This document shows positions 60,736 through 64,000 of a DNA stretch of 64,000 bases, piece by piece (within the stretch, counting starts at the first letter, position 1; every line of letters begins with the position of its first letter). This stretch comes from Mustelus asterias (lineage: Eukaryota). The notes beneath the pieces are model-generated. The model did no database searches. It saw nothing but the letters and a program-made list of their open reading frames with translations, and was not told where the DNA came from. Both the position numbers and the translations under genes were made by a program. Location of the stretch: the NCBI RefSeq assembly GCF_964213995.1, contig NC_135813.1:44578001-44642000 (forward strand), in the 5' to 3' direction.

Positions 60736-62060
60736 ATTTGATTTATTATTATCACATGTATTAACATACAGTCAAAAGTTGTTTGTTGCGCATTATACAG
60801 ACAAAACATACCGTTCATAGAGAAGGAAACGAGAGAGTGCAGAATGTAGTGTTACAGTCATAGCTAGGGTGTGGAGAAAGATCAGCTTAATGCGAGGTAA
60901 GTCCATTCAAAAGTCTGACAGCAGCAGGAAAGAAGCTGTTCTTGAGTCAGTTGGTACGTGACCTCAGACTTTTGTATCTTTTTCCCGAAGGTGGAAGAGA
61001 GAATGTCCGGGGTGCGTGGGGTCCTTAATTATGCTGGCTACTTTGCCGTGGCAGCGGGAATTGTAGACAGAGTCAATGGATGGGATGCTGGTTTGCGTGA
61101 TGGATTGGTCTACATTCACGACCTTTTGTAGTTTCTTGCGGTCTTGGGCAGAGCACAAGCCATACCAAGCTGTGATACAACCAGAAAGAATGCTTTCTAT
61201 GGTGCATCTGTAAAAGTTGGTGAGAGTCGTAGCTGACATGCCAAATTTCCTTAGTCTTCTGAGAAAGTAGAGGCGTTGGTGGGCTTTATTAACCATAGTG
61301 TCGGTCTGGTGGCACCAGGACAGGTTGTTGGTGATCTGGGCACCTAGAAACTTGAAGCTCTCGACCTTTTTTACTTCGTCCCCATTGATGTAGAGAAGGG
61401 CATGTTCTCCTTTACGCTTCCTGAAGTCGATGACAATCTCCTTCGTTTTGTTGACATTGAGGGAGAGATTATTGTTGCCGCACCAGTTCACCAGATTCTC
61501 TATCTCATTCCTGTACTCTGTCTTGTCATTGTTTGAGATCCGACTCACTCCAGTGGTGTCGTCAGCAAACTTGAAAATCTAATTGATGGGGAATTTGGCC
61601 GCACAGTCATAGGTGTATAAGGAATATAGCAGGGGGCTGAGAACACAGCCTTGTGGGGCACCGGTGTTGAGGATGATCAAGGAGGAGGTGTTGTTGCCTA
61701 TCCTCACTGATTGTGACCTGTGAGTTAGGAAGTTCAGGATCCAGTCACAGAGGGAGGTGCCAAGGCCCAGGCCACGGAGTTTGGAGATGAGTTTCTTGGG
61801 AATAATCGTGTTGAAGGCTGAGCCATAATCAATAAATAGGAGTCTGACATAGGTGTCCTTGTTATCTAAGTGTTCCAGGATTGAGTGCAGGGCTAGGGAA
61901 ATGGCATCTGCTGTGGACCTGTTGCTGCAGTAGGCAAACTGGAGTGGATCCAGGTAGTCCGGTAGGCTGGAATTGATTCGTGCCACAACTAACCTTTCGA
62001 AGCACTTCATAATGATGGATGTCAGAGCCACCGGCCGATAGTCATTAAGGCACATTGCTT
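60736..62060 (-). mobile_element. Rex1/Babar LINE, 5'-truncated
   Basis: [47 protein letters not shown]; inserted into the minisatellite. Confidence 0.94.
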
Positions 62061-62748
62061 GGTGTGTGACTGACTCTCTCACTGAGAGTGTTACTGTGAG
62101 TGGTGTGTGACTGACTCTCATTGAGGGAATTACAGTGAGTAGTGTTAACTTCATTAACAAGTGATCTAGTGATGATTCCCTTCAGTTCCACAGAGGAGTT
62201 GATGGTAAAGTTCTGCATCCAGTAATGCTGCTCTAGAATACTGATATTGACAGAATAATTGATTTCCTTCTGAGTTTGCTCAGCTAACTGGTGCTGGCCT
62301 GGTATGGGTGAGGAAGCTGGTCATGATTGAACTGTCTGACTCTTGTTGCGATTCACCCAAGAAGTTTCCAATCTCCAAGCTGATTATTGGGGGTCTTGTG
62401 AACTAATGTTAGTGGCCGGCTGAATTGAGACCTTCAGAGGTTTAAAGGCTGTATCCTTTCCCTTGCTAGCTCTGTCCAGGAGTCACATTCTGTCAGCAAT
62501 CCCCCTGATGTAAAGGACATCCCATTAAAGAAGCTCCTTTGTGTTCACGGAGGTTATACCAAACTGTTAATCTATGGGTCGTGCCTGATTCTGGACATCA
62601 CACTTCAGGAAAAATGATAACAATGTTTGGGAGGGTGCGGAGGGGATTGAATGGAATGGTGTTGGGAATGAAGGAACTGGTTTGGAGCGACGAAAGAAGA
62701 TGCGATTGTTCTCCTTAGAGCAGCAACAGTTAAGGAGAGATTTAATAG

Positions 62749-63066
62749 AATCATAGAATCCCTACAGTGCAGAAGGAGGCCATTTGGCCCATTGAGTCGC
62801 CAACTATCCCACCCAGGCCCTATCCCCGCCATCCCATATATTTACCATGACAATCCCTCTAACCTATGCATCCCCGGACACTAAGGGGCAATTTAGCACG
62901 GCCAAAGCACTTGACCCGCACATCTTTGGACTGAGAGAGGAAACCCACGCAGACACAGAGAGAATGTGCAAACTCCACACAGTCACCCAAGCCGGGAATC
63001 GAATCCAGGTCCATGGAGCTGAGGGGCAGCAGTGCTAACCACTGTGCCACCTTGCCGCCCTTTGAT
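62749..63066 (-). mobile_element. HE1-like V-SINE, tail A
   Basis: Flanked by ATTTAATAG at 62740-62748 and 63067-63075, inside an old CR1 relic. Confidence 0.87.
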
Positions 63067-63389
63067 ATTTAATAGGTGTATTCAAAATAAGACTAGATCG
63101 AGAAAAAACATTCCCAGTGGACTGTTTTATTGTATAAAACACACTTGCGTAACCTAATTGTTGACAAACTGCTGTATTTGCTAGTTATATTCGCATACAG
63201 CTTTAAATCTAGACTGTAGAACATACAAACAGGTCTTTCAGATTATACTGAACAGTAAAGTCATCTCCTAAAACTCTTCCCATTTTATTTTAACTTTTTT
63301 TAAAAAAAAGATGCCAAGTATCCCCAGGTTCTTCTGTCCAAATTACAGTACGACTGTAGGGAGGAAGAGGGTAGGTTCAAAACTGGGCT

Positions 63390-63776
63390 CTATGCCGTCT
63401 TTTGCTGTCCCTTCTTCCCGATCAGAGACTTATGGATGTGAGGAATCACACCACCACCGGCAATGGTTGCCTTGATCAGCGAATCCAGCTCCTCATCACC
63501 TCTGATGGCCAACTGCAAGTGACGTGGCGTGATGCGCTTTACTTTCAGATCCTTCGATGCATTCCCTGCCAACTCCAACACCTCAGCAGTGAGATACTCG
63601 AGGATAGCTGCACTGTACACTGCAGCTGTAGCACCCACCCGTCCATGGCTAGTGGTACGAGTCTTTAAATGCCTATGGATACGACCTACAGGAAACTGTA
63701 GCCCTGCTCTTTGAGAGCGGGAAACTGCTTTAGCTTTGGCCTTTCCCGAGTCCTTCCCAGCTTTCCCGCCAGCCAT
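63390..63776 (-). CDS. H2AZ2: Histone H2A.Z.2 (H2A.V), intronless retrocopy with intact ORF
   Basis: 128-aa ORF with the H2A.Z.2 diagnostic residues A14, T38 and A127; no introns; GC-rich 5'UTR to about 63831 and 3'UTR to about 63121 with AATAAA at 63289-63284 and 63131-63126. Expression unknown. Confidence 0.93.
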   Translation of the reverse strand: MAGGKAGKDSGKAKAKAVSRSQRAGLQFPVGRIHRHLKTRTTSHGRVGATAAVYSAAILEYLTAEVLELAGNASKDLKVKRITPRHLQLAIRGDEELDSLIKATIAGGGVIPHIHKSLIGKKGQQKTA

Positions 63777-64000
63777 CTTCCTCCTGCCCCCTCTCTCTCA
63801 GACAATAACCGCCAGCGCGCGTGCGCAGGGGGGCAGGGTTAGAAACCAACAGACAACGGTTTAAGATCATTGGCAAAAGGGCGAGGGTTGAAAGGGGATA
63901 GATTATTTCTTTATGTAGCAAGTTATGTTCTGGTTTTGCAGCCTGAAAAGATGTTGGATTTAATAGGGACTTTCTAAAGCATTGAGAAGAAAGAATGATT

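Overview
Vertebrate genomic DNA, most likely a shark (inferred from HE1-type V-SINEs, a SacSINE1-like Deu-SINE and abundant CR1, Rex1/Babar and Penelope copies). It holds the head-to-head RPL12 (minus strand, coding exons 1-5) / LRSAM1 (plus strand, 13 recognisable coding exons) pair, with introns expanded by retroelements and two assembly gaps. Main observations: (1) an intact, intronless, poly(A)-less H2A.Z.2 retrocopy antisense in an LRSAM1 intron; (2) six Penelope-like insertions, all with 12-15 bp target-site duplications, carrying minimal hammerhead ribozyme motifs with covarying stems, two of them reduced to long hairpins; (3) a Penelope with a nested solo LTR between the RPL12 and LRSAM1 5' ends; (4) a structured RPL12 5'UTR element and a hairpin cluster in RPL12 intron 5; (5) an optional 461-bp structured module in a CR1 3'UTR; (6) one SINE head/body with two different LINE-like tails; (7) about 240 aa of LRSAM1 missing beside a gap and a 3.6-kb 23-bp satellite. 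Comparisons with human sequences are from memory and need database confirmation. Repeat boundaries are approximate unless TSDs are given.
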